Assembly: GCA_963703935.1 (NCBI GenBank)
Contig: CAVPGA010000005.1
Coordinates: 528,139 to 592,138 of the forward strand
Reading direction: 5' to 3'
DNA from: an uncultured Bacteroidales bacterium
GTDB lineage: Bacteria > Bacteroidota > Bacteroidia > Bacteroidales > VadinHA17
Length of the DNA stretch: 64,000 nt
The notes under the pieces were generated by a model. That model saw only the letters and a program-made list of their open reading frames with translations. It made no database searches and was not told the origin of the DNA. Numbering within the stretch: position 1 is the first letter of the stretch; every line of letters begins with the position of its first letter. Positions 59,984 to 64,000 of the stretch are shown here, one piece after another. The position numbers and the translations under genes are program-made.

Positions 59984-62900
59984 CTAAAGGGGACTTTTAA
60001 GAACCCCCTTTAGGGGGCAGGGGGTAAAACCAGGAGGGGATCCCTTTATCCCTCTCCAGTTCTGCAGCACCCATTTTACCGCATCCCCGATAACATAGTT
60101 GCCGATCGATTGATTTGTCATTACAACAGTAGCTGTATCGGTTGACAAATAATATCTTCCCAGGTTATTCCATCCGCTTTCGGCATTTTCATACTCGAGG
60201 GTGATCTCTTCAGTCCCCTGATCATGATAGATCCTGAAATGCAGGTCCCGGCAGGGGCTTGTGCCGCCCCTTCCTCTTTCACCCGGCGGTGGCGGCGGAC
60301 CAGGGGGACCTCCATTCCGGACCACCACTCCGTCGCTTGCCTTGCCGATATAAGTGTAAATATCATAAAAACCCGGTTTGGCAATTGTTGCTTTCCACGT
60401 CAGAATCCTGTCACCTGTGCCGCTGCGGGTATAGACGGATGAGCGAATGTATTTGCCAAAATAGGATGACTGTACAACCGGCTGCCAGTATTCCGGGGCT
60501 CCCATTAATCTGATCTGTTCATAGGACTGCCCGTTTTTGTTCTGAACACCAAGGATCTTTTTCAGAGGACTCTCGTTGCTTAGTCTTGTAAATTTGAAGC
60601 CGGGATCCTCATTGTCAACTATGGTTTCAAAGGGATCTTTGAAAACCCCGATTTCTGTGAGTATTTCCTCATCTTTCAGGTCAATATTCCTGTTTTTGGC
60701 TTTAACAATCTCCTCAACAGGCAGGGTTATCTCTCCGGGGATGTTTTTAGCAACGAGTGCATTAATAAGAAGTGCCCTGGGTTGACCATCAAGTACCATG
60801 GAGATTTTTTTTGCTTCCATAGGTCCAAGAAAAACAATTTTTGCGATATCGGCTGCCTCCATTCCCCGGCCCTGGCCGGAAATCGCTACAGTGAATCCCC
60901 CTCCCGGTCCGGTTGAAACATCTACCCTCCGATCGTCGGCGCCCGAACCGCCGGTCCGGACTGAAACATTAAATAAGCCGCTAACAGGTTCTAAATTCGA
61001 AGCCGTGAATGTTAACAGGTATCTCACCCTGTCTCCCACAATAATTTCGGTTGCCTGAAGTTCTGAAAAAAGAAAACCCGGCTGCTCCTTGCTGTTAAAC
61101 CAGTTATCGAGGAAAGGATAGAATTCAAAACCAAATTTCTGCTTTATTTCTTTATTCATGTCGGAGATATCGACACTTTTAAAAGTATTATCATCAATAT
61201 ATTTTAGAAACCAGGTTTTAAATTCTTCAATTCCTGCTTTTGATCTTAATAGATTGAACAGATAATCTCCTTTAATAGTCAAAATTGTTCTTATTGTATC
61301 ACCTCCCGGATTTTTAGCGAGAAGATCTTTAAAACTATTGTCTTTCAGCACCAGATTTGCCCTGTCGTTCTCGGACAGGCTGCCGGAATATTCAAAAAAA
61401 TTGAATTCAGGTGTGGGCTGTACGACTTTCTGGAGATGAGATTCAAAAACAGCATTTATCACAGGGAAATCATCAGAGTAGAAATTATTCTTAAAAAAAT
61501 AGAAGCTGGGTCCAAGCCGATACCTCATAGGCTCATTCCAGGCAACTCCGTTAACATACCTGAACCGTTCACCACTTATGAATGTGTTACGGATAAAATC
61601 ATTGAATATTCTGACCTGCAATTCTTTATCAGTTATAACCTGGTTATTCCGGGCCATTCTTTTCTTCTGGCGGGTAAATCGTTTCTTAAATCCGGCGTTC
61701 TGAAGGGATACTAATCTTTCAGGGAGAAGAACCATTGATGGCTGCACTTCAGCCCTGGTCTGAGTGCTCCTTTTCGGGAAGGAGTAAAATTGGACAGGGA
61801 CCTCTAAGATACTCAGTGTTTTGAATGGATATTTTGTAGAAAAATTTGTTTCCAGGTCTCTCATTATTCCTGACACAAGCAGTGACAGAGTATCTTTTAA
61901 CTCTGCAAGATCTTTTTTATAATAGTCATTTCCTGGATAATGATAGCTTATATATTCAAGTGAATCAACTGTAAGAGTATCTGTCAGATAATTGCCTATG
62001 GCAAGAGTCAGACCGGTAAGCGGCTGGTCAGGCCTGAAACTAAAAAATCCGTCTCCGGCTGCCGGCTTTCCCTGCGAGACTGCTTTTAGCCCGTTTTTAG
62101 TTTGAACATTTAGTGAATACCTGGTAAAATCGATTTTTATTTTTGCCGGGTTAGAGGGATAATAATTCAGAGCTGCAACAGGATACCAGTTGCTTTCAGG
62201 TGTAAGCAGAACATACTTCTCAGTGAGGAATACCTGGCGTTTCCTGATATTAAGCATTTCGGCACGGTAGGGATCGTCTTTGAGGTTATCGGAATAGTCG
62301 GGATAGCAGAAAGCCTCATCAATAGTACCGGAATAATATATTTTTAAGCTGTCAGACTGATCCTTTTCAAGCATCCTCCCGGGATCAATTATTATAATAT
62401 GATTTGAAAGCCTGAAAGGTAAGCTCTTTATTGCCGGAGGTTATTTTCGAAACATTGAGGGAGGGATTGAGAGAGAAAAGATATTTGTCAAGCGGCTGCT
62501 TATTATTATTGATTATTTTAATATCAGAAGATGCCTCAAATGATGAACCATTATGAGTAAATTCAATTAACGCATCGGAGATTGTTGTGAATTTCTCATT
62601 TTCAAACTCCTTGTTTGTTTCTAAAACCAGCTTCTTATCATTGACCTTATTGATATAAGAGGACCATATTTTTGATCCCGTGAAGAAAGCTCCGGCGGTA
62701 AATAGAGTCAGAAGGACTATTGTGAGAGTTCTGTGGAATTTTGATTGCGGCAATCGTTTAAATGTGAGAATTGTTCCCATTACAAGTGCCATCCCAAGAA
62801 AAAAATAGAACAGCCTCTGGTTTATAATAAAACCAGGATTATCAAATCCTATCATGCCTGATTTAAAAATCGGAAGTCCGAATGCCATATAGTCAAAAAT

Positions 62901-63498
62901 CGATCCTGCCCTGTAACCAGAGGTAAAACATATCAAGAGCAGCATATACCAAGAAGTATCAGAAATGTAATTGCCTGGTTCCTGATCACTGACATGAGCA
63001 TAAAAGCCAGTCCGAGGCTGAAAACAATTGTTGGAACACAAATTATAAGAAGGTAGATAAATATGACATCAGATCTATTGACATGCTTTTTGAAATGATG
63101 TTCATGAGCAGGCCAATGCATAGGATAATTATATCAAGGCCGAGGAAAAGCCTGAGTATACCCAATGTTTTACCCATTATATATTCAAAATTTGACATCG
63201 ACCTTGTGTAAAGAACTTCATTGGTATCCAGTTTTTTGTCTCTTTTCAGGAAATCGGCAGCAAGAAAAATCACAACTATTGCCTGTCCGATATTGAGAAG
63301 ATAAAGATTGACAAGAGGAACTGACGATGGTATTGAAACCAGATCCCATGGTTCATCACCTATCGGGGAAAAGAGACCGATATTCATAATGGTGAAAATG
63401 AAAAGAGCGCCAAGTGAAAAGAGCCTGAAGAACCAGCTTCTTCTCAGGGTTTTTGCTTCATACTTTGCAACTGTTCTTATATTATGAAGAAATGCCAT
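59984..63498 (-). CDS. ABC-2-type permease fused to an aminopeptidase-N-like (apparently non-catalytic) region and a golvesin-C-like C-terminal domain, frameshifted in this assembly
   Basis: The N-terminal multi-TM part is at 63043-63498 and 62385-63041. The pieces join (..ELTFQAFKS / NHIIIIDPGRMLEKDQ..) into the 796-aa ORF 59984-62374. The C-terminal block WKATIAKPGFYDIYTYIG...YHDQGTEEITLEYENAESGWNNLGRYYL...VVMTNQSIGNYVIGDAVKWV matches the golvesin/Xly-type C-terminal domain as I remember it. Confidence 0.6.
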
Positions 63499-63513
63499 CC
63501 GGTAGACTTTGTA

Positions 63514-64000
63514 TTAATCCGATATTGAAGTTTGCAGTTTATGTTCCATAAAATATACATAAGCATGTTCAATATTCGGAATAATAGGTATTGAATTAAA
63601 TTCAGGAACATTATCTGAAACGATCTGTACTTCCCAGCCGTCTCAACCGGAATTGTTGAAATTACATTATATTGTTCTTTTACCGTTTCATATTCAAAAG
63701 GGGTCAGGATAAGCTTAAATACATGACCTTCAGCATGTTTTACAAGATTTTCGGGTGAACCTGAAAAGACCAGCTCTCCTCTGTTTAGAAGGGCCATTCC
63801 CTGACATGTTGATGATATATCACCAACAATATGAGTTGACAGAATAATAGTTACATCGTTCTGGCTCAGCTGTGAAAGTATATTTCTGAACCTGATCCTT
63901 TCATCGGGATCAAGACCTGTTGTTGGCTCATCAACAACAATTATCCTGGGATTTCCGATAAGAGCCTGGGCTATTCCCAGCCGCCGTTTCATACCTCCCG
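63514..64000 (-). CDS. ABC transporter ATP-binding protein (N-terminus outside window; one frameshift near the C-terminus)
   Basis: Seen are SGGMKRRLGIAQALIGNPRIIVVDEPTTGLDPDERIRF (signature and Walker B) and the H-loop STHIV. The C-terminal piece ends PNIEHAYVYFMEHKLQTSISD-stop (63514). It is a paralog of the ATPase domain at 49174-49980. Confidence 0.85.

Overview
This is a chromosomal segment of a Bacteroidota bacterium. Supporting signs are a SusD-type lipoprotein, the gliding/T9SS protein SprA just downstream of ruvA, lipoprotein signal peptides, and TTG-N19-TAnnTTTG promoters.

Gene content, in order:
- The end of a SusC/SusD-type polysaccharide utilisation locus: SusD, two paralogous ~1100-aa FG-GAP/VCBS-ASPIC lipoproteins and a GH9-like enzyme.
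- A ~1.8 kb tandem array of four hairpin-dense repeat units next to an initiator tRNA-Met.
- An inverted-repeat-flanked four-helix-bundle (23S rRNA IVS/Avd-like) gene.
- Housekeeping genes: SOR-like protein, M23 peptidase, dxr, rseP, tatA, mqn radical-SAM enzyme, pepA, pdxA, ruvA, sprA.
- A maltodextrin cluster: MFS transporter, pgmB, GH65, and two GH13 genes.
- gcvH, the rimP-nusA-infB operon, a PflX-like radical SAM gene and an M1 aminopeptidase.
- A long same-strand export locus: ABC ATPase, ABC-2 permease fused to a degenerate M1-like domain, TolC, adaptor, two tandem RND permeases and an ABC-2 permease. The second RND permease reads in frame into extra TM helices and an ABC ATPase domain.

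The two most unusual items are the structured tandem array at 10.6-12.4 kb and the RND::ABC-ATPase fusion at 49.2-53.9 kb.

Caveats: most long genes, including essential single-copy ones, are split by frame changes. The sequence is therefore very likely an indel-prone assembly, and gene boundaries given across frameshifts are reconstructions by eye (roughly +/- a few nt to tens of nt). No database search or folding program was available. Family calls rest on motifs I recognise in the translations.
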